Positions 56,301-64,000 of a DNA stretch of 64,000 nucleotides are shown here, one piece after another. The stretch comes from Carcharhinus amblyrhynchos (taxonomy: Eukaryota). The position numbers and the translations under genes are program-made. Positions within the stretch are counted from its first letter, which is position 1; each line of letters begins with the position of its first letter. The stretch spans positions 66,278,001-66,342,000 of the forward strand of contig OZ336885.1 in assembly GCA_965287045.1 (NCBI GenBank), written 5' to 3'. The notes beneath the pieces were generated by a model, which saw nothing but the letters and a program-made list of their open reading frames with translations, was not told the origin of the DNA and ran no database searches.

Positions 56301-59300
56301 TGGGATTTTTTGGCCATCCTCCATAGATTCCCTATATATTATATGTATGTTCTAATTATATATGGCATTTTAAGCATCACTGCCACACGGCAGGACTCGG
56401 CAATGAAACGTATGTGTTTGCCCATCTTCCTTGTTTTTCGCTGCAGTTGATGTTCCTGCCACACATCAAAACAACAGCTTTATTCTGCTTGGCTCGTGAT
56501 TGTGTGTTTGTCTGTGTGTTTGTTTTGTATTGAAACTGCAGCTACGAATACTTAAAATGTGCTGCAGAATTATCGCCGAAATAAAGCAGAACTGAGAATA
56601 GATGTGTTGCTTCCGATCACCCCAAATTAGCTTTCCCACACACCAAGTACTCAATGTTTTGTAATCGAATAACGCAGTAGGGGTTCTAGCTCCTGATTTT
56701 TTTTCTATTGTTTTCAATTATGTCGATCAAAGTAAAGGTGCACTGAAAGAACACCCGTCATGTGTCCCTTTAAAGCAACAGCCCACGTTGTCCCAAGAAC
56801 ATTGTTGCACATTGCATACGTATTCTCTGAAAGTGACATCTCCATAGTTTGCATGCGCATCAGTCCGTGTTTGATTACTTCAAATACGGACTGATGCGCA
56901 TACAAATTATGGAGGTGCATGAAGATCGGGAAATTGGTATGACCCGATTTGTGCAGGGGCTGTGACAACTGAGAAAGTTGAATCATCAGCCACGGGTTTC
57001 GGTAAATAAGGCGCAACATGTGTCGTTGTTCGGGGATTGTATTCTGAATGGATGGTTCGTATGAATAGGTTCCTATGAATAAGGGTTAGAGTGTAATCTA
57101 CCTTAGTTGGGAGTTCTGTGAGATTGTTGATGTGTCCGGATGTACGATTTGCCAACGTGTAGATGGCAATGTACGTGGGAATGTATGTACGACCACTGGA
57201 TGATTTTAGTTCAGAATTCTGAGCGTTTCTCCTTTTTGAAAAGCATTTCTTCTGTGTTGGGCAGCAAAAAAAAAATCTCTATGCTTTTCAAACAAACTTT
57301 GAATTGATGCAACATTACTGTTTATCTTGCTCTCCATCAAAAGTTTGAGTCCCTTAATTTCACTTGTGCATTGGCACATCTATGACATCTCACTTTATGT
57401 AATATGGCCAGCTGTTCATTTTTGTTTCTTCCTGCGACTCCGTTCATTTCAGACAATAAAGAATCCCTTTCAACAGTACATAACTTGAGACAAGCTGGAA
57501 AAAAAAGTCAAGCGTTTAAACTTGCAAATACCAGAACATTTCACGCGGAGGTCAGTATAAGAGGAAACAACAATCTATACAGCTCCAGACAAAAAGGTAC
57601 TGATCGCACGATCAGAAAGTTTGATTGACAGAGGTGTCACCATCAGTTAGTGACTGACAGTTACTTGCTGAACAATGTTTGAATCGGTGTGTTGGTGCTC
57701 CATTCAGGTTTCCTACAACGCTCGGCATTTAACAGTCTATTACTCTCTATTATTTCTGGGAAGTCTTGTACCAAAGAGAGTCCACTTAGAAGCAATAGCA
57801 CACTCTTCTAACTGTGTGTCAATTTTTCCTTTCGCCATACATAGAAAGTATACAGATGTGCGCTGATGGTTGCAAGACAGAAAATGTTTTCAGCAATTGA
57901 GAAAATCTATATTTCTTCTTACGCGGACAGGTACTGTAAAGCATGGAAGTGTTGAATCGGTAATTGGATGAATATTTTAAAAAAAATTGCACTTTCAAAA
58001 AAAAGGAAGAAAAAAATAGTATCAGAGAAAACTTACAGTCACAACGGAAATAGGAAGAATTATTCCTTTGTGATGAGATTCGTGTTTTTATTCCCTCATA
58101 AATCGACCTGTACTCATTTACTTATTTTAACAGGAGAACTTTTTCGACAGAAGCAGAAAGGTAATGGATCACGATTATGAGTTTTGTAACATGTACACTT
58201 AAATAATCCCGATGAAACCACTTCACTGCTACATCCCGGTCATTGGATATGCGTGCTCACACTAAGGTTTCCACTTATTTGTTTCTTTTAATAGATGAAT
58301 ATATGTTTGACTGCCTGATATCATCTACATTATAAGTATATTTAAACATGTGTCAAGTCAATGACAGAATTCTATCCCGGAACAGTAATCTAAATTGCAA
58401 AAGGAGGTCGATTTATCAGGGTTCGAATACATAACGTAGACTAAATCACCCGGTTGTATACAAAATAAAGTATATGTAGTTAGCTGACTATTAGGCATCA
58501 TCATTCAGAAAAAAAAATTCATCCATTTAAAATCCAATGATTTTTGAATGTATGTGTTTAGAATGTAGAACGGTATGTTATTCGCAGTAAGGGATGTTTT
58601 AAACTTTATTTATTTAATTTACGAGCTTCCGGGTTTCATACGTGTGTTTTTTTTTAACGTGGTTTTCTAACTCATGAAGTTAAAAGACGGGTCACAAATA
58701 TTGTTTTAAAGATTTTGCAAAATAAAAAAAGGCACTAAAAAAAATGTTGATAAAAGACAGGAGACCAGGGCCCCAATACAGACAGGAATAGACAGATGGA
58801 CTGTTCAGTGTGTTTTGTGCGATGAGAAGTAAATGTGGAATTCCTAAGCTGTCAGCAAGATATATCCGGGAAATTTGAGCAGACGAAACTCATTTGCCTG
58901 CATTTTTTAGCGTGGTTTTCTAACTCATGAAGTTAAAAGACGGGTCACAAATATTGTTTTAGTGATTTTGCAAAATTAAGAAACGGCATAAAAAATTCAC
59001 TTGCTGAAAGACAGGAGACCAGGGTACCAGTGCAGACAGGAATAGACAGATGGACTGTTCAGTGAGTTTTGTGAGATGAAGGGCGAATGTAGTATTCCTA
59101 AGCTGTCAGCAAGATATATCCGGGTGATTTGAGCAGACAAAGCTCATCTGCCTGCTGTGAATATGACAATTGCCATAACAGACAATTGGGATGGTGTTTA
59201 TTTGGAATCATATGGTGAATGCTCAACAATCCACTTGATGAAAATTGGTTTCAAAGGCTAAAGATCTGTAGGTTAGATTTATTTGCTAAGTAAATGTGTG

Positions 59301-60907
59301 GGGTAACAGGGATAGGGGAAAGTCTGATTCATGTATTCAGTCAGAGAAGGAAGCTGCGATTATATTTTCTGATTCCAACTGCATGAACGCAAGCACAAAG
59401 TCTTGGACAAGAAAGAGTTATATATTTTATGGAGGTTTGCATGCGAGATTGAATCATTTCCTCATTTTTTCAAATGGAAGTATTTTCAAACATGTTGTAT
59501 AGCGTTATATCGTTAATGTTTCTCGCTTAATATATTATTTAATATTCGTGCTAAAAGTGATTGGGCAGGCTTTGTTGAATCTATTCAGCAATTGATATCC
59601 AAGGATAGTTAAAAGTTAAACAAAGCTGGGACCTATCAAGCCAGCATATATTCAGGGTTCCGGCTTTGATAGCATTAATACTACCTGGACAATAACACCT
59701 TCACAGTCGCGACCATTTAAAATATGTGCATTTTTTAAACGTTTAATAATTATATGTAGTTGTATTCAAAACGGTGCATGAAGTAAACGCATCCTTACAG
59801 ACCAACAGACATATAATAATCGGGACATTTTAGAACGCAATAAAATCGCTTTCAGAGTTGAATTTACAGCAACTAAAATTTTCCCGCTTATTTCAAGGAA
59901 ATAATGTAAAAATGAGATGTCAGCGAGAACGCGTTGTGCATTTGCCTAAACGAAAATATCCTTTCCGGCAGTAAAATTGCACTGTTGAAATATTCACTGG
60001 GAAAGACAGATTGCGATGCCGAATTTAAGAAAGAAAGGCAAAGTAATGCCCCACTACCCCCTCCCCCGCAACCCCCCCCCCTCCCCCCCGGGCAAATTGT
60101 CACTGCATTCGGTGAACAACCTGATGACGTGAGATCTGGTAGAAGGAGATTTCATTTAAGTAATATATTAATGATTAGAGAGAATTAGGGAACCAGTAAT
60201 GGTTTACTTTGAAAGAATACGCTAGATTCATAATTTAAACGAGTCGTGAATTAATGAGTGGCAATGCAAGAGCTGAAGGTGCTGAGCTAAATGTCAACAG
60301 CAATGCAAGTTGTTCTGCCACCGTGCTAATTTAATCGCATAGTATTTTATGCACCTATGTATGGTTGTGGAAGGCTCCAACTTTTCTTCCATCTGATGGC
60401 TATCCCAGTTTCCCTTTGGTTCTTTTGGTTTTCAATTGGCTTTTGTTCGATAGGTTTCGAATATCAACCCACTGTGCGCGTTATGAAGGCAAGTTCCCTA
60501 CCAATTACCACTCATGATGGGGCGCGAAGTACACATTTGGTGACGGGGCGGGGTCACGCCCATCACAATACAAAACCTGTTTGTAACAAAGCACAGAAAA
60601 GTTACTTTTTCCCTTTATCAAGGAGGACAATGTCATCTAATATTTCATAAACATCATTAGCAGATGCCACAGAAGGTTTCATAGCCATTCGATTTATCCT
60701 AACAGCGTTTAAAGCCACAAAGCCCAAACCATAATTCTGGTGGAGGCTGAACCGATATCTACCATTAAAGCTGAAATAAACGCTGCCAGAGAAGAAGTTA
60801 TTGATTCCTTTAGGAGAAGCAGAGGAGGGAGCTTCATCCAATTACCATTATATGTTTTCATTCTTTTAAAGAAATAGACAACTTGAAATCCCGTCTTGCT
60901 GAATGTG
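11330..60907 (+). CDS. Internal part of an unidentified micro-exon gene encoding a long coiled-coil segment (14 exons, 399 nt, 133 codons; spliced model)
   Basis: 14 AG/GT-bounded exons of 15/27/36 nt, all phase 1-1; the concatenation has no stop and shows a/d hydrophobic heptad periodicity. Predicted from sequence only, no transcript evidence. Confidence 0.8.
12058..12367 (-). mobile_element. HE1-like tRNA-derived SINE with CR1-type tail
   Basis: Core aagcacccggagaaacccacggagacaagggaaaaatgtgtaaactccacacagac shared with copies at 16.8, 24.0 and 31.4 kb. Confidence 0.8.
15077..15112 (+). CDS. micro-exon 2 (36 nt): [12 protein letters not shown]
   Basis: ttattttatattgcag|gatccaacgattgcgaggaaaaactacaagatttag|gtgcaa; donor is weak, but the ending L-Q-D-L matches other 36-nt exons. 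Confidence 0.65.
   Translation, partial: DPTIARKNYKI
15860..19870 (-). mobile_element. Old, internally deleted CR1 LINE (ORF2 C-terminus, endonuclease and probable ORF1 remnants), interrupted by a SINE
   Basis: [16 protein letters not shown]; [39 protein letters not shown]; [27 protein letters not shown]. Confidence 0.75.
16636..16962 (-). mobile_element. HE1-like SINE nested in CR1
   Basis: (aaagaac)n tail, aggcccttcggccca, ggaggaaaccagagcacccggagaaaacccacgc core. Confidence 0.85.
20358..21010. mobile_element. Probable solo LTR (653 bp)
   Basis: Termini tgtta...taaca, flanked on both sides by gaag (4-bp target duplication); appears to split an older repeat whose parts lie at about 20220-20357 and 21015-21090. 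Confidence 0.65.
21412..21438 (+). CDS. micro-exon 3 (27 nt): EKKMKDKET
   Basis: ttttgggatttattag|aaaagaagatgaaagacaaagaaacag|gtagat. Confidence 0.7.
22610..25080 (-). mobile_element. Highly decayed CR1 LINE, interrupted by SINE copies
   Basis: Residual CR1-like text (tcattaatatataatgtgaacagt; gaaagccttccaaatgtctaaataaaccacat; [35 protein letters not shown] resembling the K-S-P-G-P-D-G..P-R-V-L-K-E region). Confidence 0.6.
23761..24150 (-). mobile_element. HE1-like SINE (5' truncated) with (catagaa)n tail, plus a second tail fragment at about 24066-24150
   Basis: catagaa repeats, tacagtgcagaaagaggccc, gggaggaaaccggagcacccggaggaaaccca. Confidence 0.85.
25580..25615 (+). CDS. micro-exon 4 (36 nt): [12 protein letters not shown]
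   Basis: ctttatactttttttacag|aactgattaaaattcaaaataatttagaagacttag|gtggga. Confidence 0.75.
27049..27075 (+). CDS. micro-exon 5 (27 nt): EEQMKVKVK
   Basis: taatttcctacttaacag|aagaacaaatgaaagtaaaagtaaaag|gtgatt. Confidence 0.72.
27770..27880 (+). mobile_element. Short decayed Penelope-related terminal fragment
   Basis: ttgacgaaggactggactcgaaacgtcag resembles the PLE CTGAnGA..GAAACGTC motif, followed by ctgctaagattttccagcattttct. Confidence 0.4.
28090..28485 (+). mobile_element. Old CR1 3' end
   Basis: atgagaggggatctattgaaggtgtagacgataat (RGDLIEV-type CR1 C-terminus) followed by a 3'UTR-like tail. Confidence 0.55.
30673..30699 (+). CDS. micro-exon 6 (27 nt): EFDDLQQKF
   Basis: ctgcttcttttttttag|aatttgacgacctacagcaaaagttcc|gtaagt. 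Confidence 0.78.
31345..31688 (+). mobile_element. HE1-like SINE
   Basis: gggtttctccgggtgctccggtttcctcccacac-type core, gggccgaagggcctgtt tail; reverse complement of the 16.6 kb copy. Confidence 0.85.
31990..35432 (-). mobile_element. CR1 LINE, about 3.4 kb, with most of ORF2 (EN plus RT), 5' truncated
   Basis: RT: [58 protein letters not shown]; EN: [32 protein letters not shown]; C-terminus [18 protein letters not shown]. Confidence 0.95.
33368..33649. mobile_element. Non-autonomous Penelope-derived insert with 83-bp inverted arms, nested in CR1
   Basis: 33368-33450 is the reverse complement of 33558-33640 with 1 mismatch; flanked by cctataatt on both sides; homologous to 508-680. Confidence 0.9.
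35448..35474 (+). CDS. micro-exon 7 (27 nt): QAVLQQKDS
   Basis: ttcttattcgcttacag|aagctgttttgcaacaaaaggattcag|gtaaat. Confidence 0.75.
36464..36499 (+). CDS. micro-exon 8 (36 nt): [12 protein letters not shown]
   Basis: ttttatctgttttgaag|aaataacggacctccaaagaaaatgcgaacaattag|gtgagc. Confidence 0.75.
39359..39498. other. Assembly gap (140 N)
   Basis: Run of n. Confidence 1.
40861..40875 (+). CDS. micro-exon 9 (15 nt): EKENN
   Basis: tttaacttattcacag|aaaaagaaaacaatg|gtaagg. Confidence 0.7.
41462..41763 (+). mobile_element. HE1-like tRNA-derived SINE
   Basis: A-box-like tggcgcagcgcttgg, B-box-like ggtttcgaatccc, body ggattggttatgctaaattgtcc, CR1-like tail. Confidence 0.75.
42224..42250 (+). 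CDS. micro-exon 10 (27 nt): VLEAKEKLD
   Basis: tttttctcatcatattttag|tactcgaagcaaaggaaaaacttgacg|gtgagg. Confidence 0.72.
43095..43615 (+). mobile_element. Two short CR1 3'-end fragments
   Basis: 3'UTR motifs ggctaaacggcctgtttccatgct and tgggccgaatggcctgattcagctccaatatcttatggtctta. Confidence 0.6.
43835..45250 (-). mobile_element. Decayed Rex1/Babar (L2-related) LINE fragment
   Basis: [37 protein letters not shown](PQG-type) RT region; 3' [11 protein letters not shown]. Confidence 0.65.
46490..47190 (-). mobile_element. Second Rex1/Babar-type LINE fragment
   Basis: [34 protein letters not shown]; nucleotide similarity to 44050-44700. Confidence 0.7.
47490..48710 (-). mobile_element. Old CR1 LINE 3' fragment
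   Basis: acataggaacagaagtagg tail; [21 protein letters not shown]; gcccagcactgattc motif. Confidence 0.7.
48939..48965 (+). CDS. micro-exon 11 (27 nt): DEETREKDS
   Basis: cttgcattttatcatcag|atgaggaaacgcgagaaaaagactcag|gtaatg. Confidence 0.75.
50303..50338 (+). CDS. micro-exon 12 (36 nt): [12 protein letters not shown]
   Basis: tctttgttattcatcatag|aaatagcagctttaaataaggaactgcaagatgcag|gtgaga. Confidence 0.8.
51352..52203 (+). repeat. Dispersed direct repeat of about 69 bp (51352-51420 and 52135-52203)
   Basis: actttcaa-n-gaatatagaa-r-atatttacacgtgtgatcgatggacagatgcaattcac-k-attaaaactt occurs twice with 3 differences. Confidence 0.9.
52586..53712 (-). mobile_element. CR1 LINE RT fragment, closely related to the 32-35 kb copy, lacking the 3' tail
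   Basis: [58 protein letters not shown]; [38 protein letters not shown]. Confidence 0.95.
56018..56085. repeat. (CA)n-type microsatellite
   Basis: cagacacacacgcagacacacacgcagacacacacacacacacacac. Confidence 0.95.
56837..56917. other. Long near-perfect inverted repeat (38-bp stem, 5-nt loop)
   Basis: catctccatagtttgcatgcgcatcagtccgtgtttga-ttact-tcaaatacggactgatgcgcatacaaattatggaggtg. Confidence 0.9.
58134..58160 (+). CDS. micro-exon 13 (27 nt): GELFRQKQK
   Basis: tttacttattttaacag|gagaactttttcgacagaagcagaaag|gtaatg. Confidence 0.75.
58658..59155 (+). repeat. Tandem duplication, period 253 bp, 2 copies
   Basis: cgtggttttctaactcatgaagttaaaagacgggtcacaaatattgtttt starts at 58658 and 58911; similarity continues to ...ctcat-y-tgcctgc. 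Confidence 0.92.
60872..60907 (+). CDS. micro-exon 14 (36 nt): [12 protein letters not shown]
   Basis: gttttcattcttttaaag|aaatagacaacttgaaatcccgtcttgctgaatgtg|gtaagc. Confidence 0.8.
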
Positions 60908-63428
60908 GTAAGCATTTTTGGTTCTTATTTCGTTCTTATTAACATTTGAAAAATAAGTTTGAATCGACTGTCGAACTATAAGGTGCTTGATTGTCCATCT
61001 GTACGAAATCTCAGAAGCAGGAAATCCAAAAAAAAAGCTGAATCTAATGACTCTTCAGTGTTGACAGATTTCGAGGGGATGGCAATTCCAAAAATATGCT
61101 TAACACTGTCCGTTTGGTATTCAGCAATGAATAAACGACGTGCAAATTCGAGATAACGTTTTGAATTGTAAAGTTGTGTACACTTCGACAATGTCATAGA
61201 AAGCAATTCTGGCAGTTTAGGAAATACATAGTGAATAACAAAGATTAGAAGGAAGTTCAGGCATTCAGCATCAGAGCAGAAATTCTTTACTGTAATGGGT
61301 TCCACATTCCACCATGCTCCAGTTGCACCACCAAGCATATGGTTTTGATTCGGATTCCAAGACCTGCAGTCCATAATCCGGGGAAATTAAGCGAGGAGGA
61401 CTGGAGGGACAGCTGCACCATCTTTTAGGTGAAATCTTGAAACAAAGTCGTTTATGTTATGTGAAGATGGAGAACAAAATGCCTCAGCAGCATTGTTGGT
61501 TTAGAAAAAGGTGTAAGGATGACCAGGCCTTAACAATATCATTGTTACAACTTGCTTGTTTGACGGCGACCGTTATGTCTCTACTGGCTGTCCCATTTCC
61601 AACTTTACATCATAGATTAAACTTCAAATAATTGCGTATGCATCTTGAAACATCGTTTGAGAGGCCTGACACAATGCATGCACGAGATTAATCTGTTTTG
61701 TGTAACTCGCGGTCACGGTCATTCTTTCTAATACTCGGTCTGTAAAATGGAATAGTAATATCACGCAGCTCTCACTCAGAGTTCCGTGGCGTTGGGGAAA
61801 AGACCTCTAATCACATAGCGGCTGTGACTTGAATTCCACCAATTTAATATGCGAAGCTAGTCTCATTAATAGTAACGATGAATCAATGCTACCTCTATTT
61901 ATGGTAGAAGCTGGTCGTCCTTAATTGATCTGTGTGACTGCGGGATCGACAACATTGAGTTGGAAAAAACCTCCTGAGATTTTAGTTCATTAGAATTAGG
62001 AATAATAATAATAATAATAAATGATAGACTGGGAAGAACTGAGGATAAAGTTTTGCTGCCAGGCATTCGTCACTACGACTTTCCTTGCCAACTCACTTCT
62101 TATATGCGCACAGGTTTCTGCAATTATTGTGAATTTAAGTGACTCCCACTCCAACAACCATGGGTGGAAACGATCCGTTCACATTGTTGTAATGGAGATC
62201 TGTCAATTTCCATTGAATCTGCACTTATCGAAAACTCTGTTACCGTCCTTTTTCCATCAATTCTCATTGTCACGGTGCCTGAAAATAGCGTTATTCCTTC
62301 GACAGAACGTTATTAATGAAAGCTTAATTCTTTTTGAAGCAATATGTCAGGAGTTTACGCACTTCGTTATAAATGAGAAATTCTTCAAGTCGTCTTAGTC
62401 AGCTGGAGAACGTTCATGATAGCCAATTTTCTCACGACTTTCAAGTTATTCTCTTAGAGTGCTGCACTCCACCCCCAATCAATAATCATTAATTTACAAT
62501 GAATGTGAAAATGAACGGGAATAAAAAAAAGTTATGTTTTACTTTAGAAATGGAGCCTACTGTATTGGTGTATTTCGTAGCAATGACATTATTATTATTC
62601 AAAGGCCAAACCGCCATGAAAATAGGACAGGCAACTTAATCAATCAACCTAGTCAAAAATTTAACAAGCTGGCCACTAATATTCATCCTAAATCTTGTCT
62701 TGTCACTTTCTGAATCCATCCATTGGTTGGAGATATATTACAAAAATAAATTAATCATTAAGAAGATCAAGGATAAATGGTGTTGTCACCTGAGCCAGAA
62801 AATTCTAAGGCTGCTATACCCAATGAGAGGATCTATTAATTGTCATCTCATTGATCAACCAGGCAGCACTCATTCGGGCACTGAGTACGATAATAGTTTC
62901 CTGCTCCCAGAAAATTATGCCTTTAGAATTCAAATTAAACACAAGTAGGATTAAAGCATGTTCCAACGAGCTTGATGTTCATACTTCCAAATTGAAGGAA
63001 ATATAGTTATGGGTTCTGAACCACATTACAAGATTTTATTATCCCAAAGTCACACAAAAGAAATGATGTTCTGTTCTCATTATTGTAGTGTGAAATTGAT
63101 TTTATTGGAATACAAAGGGAGGTTGTTTCGTATGTGGTGCGAGCACGTGACTGTTTTTGTTTTTTTTTCCAAACATGTTCTCAAGTTTTAATTAAAACGT
63201 GTATACCATGCATTATAATGTTTTAAATTATATGCGGCTCCTGGATAATAGACTTAATGATTTGTGTATAGGGACTTAATGACCCATAGGAATGCAAATA
63301 TTTCCATGTGATGAGATAGAAACCAATCATGTTTCTTATATTTGGCCATTTACCATAAATAAAACATTTTGTGAATGCACCAAAAAAAAATTCACTCTCA
63401 TTTTGTTTCCATCCTAATTTAAAATGTC

Positions 63429-63484
63429 GTGGTGCCCAAATGAAAGGTGCAATGCTGTGGTGCCCAAATGAAAGGCGCAATGCC
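63429..63484 (+). repeat. 28-bp tandem duplication
   Basis: gtggtgcccaaatgaaagg-y-gcaatgc-y x2. Confidence 0.9.
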
Positions 63485-64000
63485 GCTTTACTCTCTGTGC
63501 AATAGAACGCATGTCCAATCAAACAAAAAAAATCCCCTAATATGATTGCGTCCAGTCTTTGTGACAATGTTTTGTTCCACGTAATACAATTGACACGCTG
63601 CAAATTTGTTATGGTTCCCCTAGCATCTTACAGTGCACTGCTCTTCCTGATTTGCACACAAATAACCAAGAAGCAAGAACAGCCGTATGATTTTGGGTGC
63701 ATTTTTGCTTTCAGATCTCATTGTCTGATGTTTTATTTCAGATTGGCGCCTGTTGCCGACGACACACAACCTCCATATTTTGACTGGCATGGGTTATCAT
63801 CTCTCCATTATGAAATTAAGTTATGTTATTGCCATGATCCCAAACACATGTGAAATAAAGCTTTGAGTTTGGTGCTGGCCTGAAATCTCTAGGCACCTCT
63901 CCACACACAAAAAAAAACGTCAGTAAGTGTCTGTACTCCATCTTGACAATCAGTCGAAAAACAAGAATCAACTGTGTCCCATGAATAGTCGGGAGGTTTT

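Noticed and set aside
60602-61374. Minus-strand ORFs of 79 and 132 aa around exon 14
   Set aside because: No recognisable motif; antisense to the supported gene; treated as chance ORFs.
1-64000. Prokaryotic systems (CRISPR arrays, operons, rRNA or tRNA genes)
   Set aside because: The sequence is vertebrate intronic DNA; no regularly spaced repeat-spacer array, and tRNA-like boxes occur only in SINE heads.

Overview
Eukaryotic, repeat-rich vertebrate DNA. The repeat complement (CR1/HER1-type LINEs, HE1-type SINEs with CR1-like tails, Penelope-like elements, an RTE LINE, Rex1/Babar-type LINE pieces) points to a cartilaginous fish (shark/ray); this is an inference. None of the long ORFs in the supplied track is a host gene: the recognisable ones are decayed retroelement fragments. 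The main signal is invisible to the ORF track: 14 micro-exons of only 15, 27 or 36 nt on the + strand, spread over about 50 kb (11330-60907). Each has an AG acceptor (usually with a pyrimidine tract) and a GT donor, and all are symmetric phase 1-1. Joined in order they give a stop-free 133-codon heptad coiled coil ([133 protein letters not shown]), with exon pairs summing to whole heptads (27+36=63 nt, 15+27=42 nt). I cannot name the gene; its start and end are not securely in the window. Other points: a nested palindromic Penelope-derived insert with a minimal hammerhead-ribozyme motif, a solo LTR, an intronic 38-bp-stem hairpin, small duplications and a 140-N gap. Exon coordinates were counted by hand; TE boundaries are approximate.
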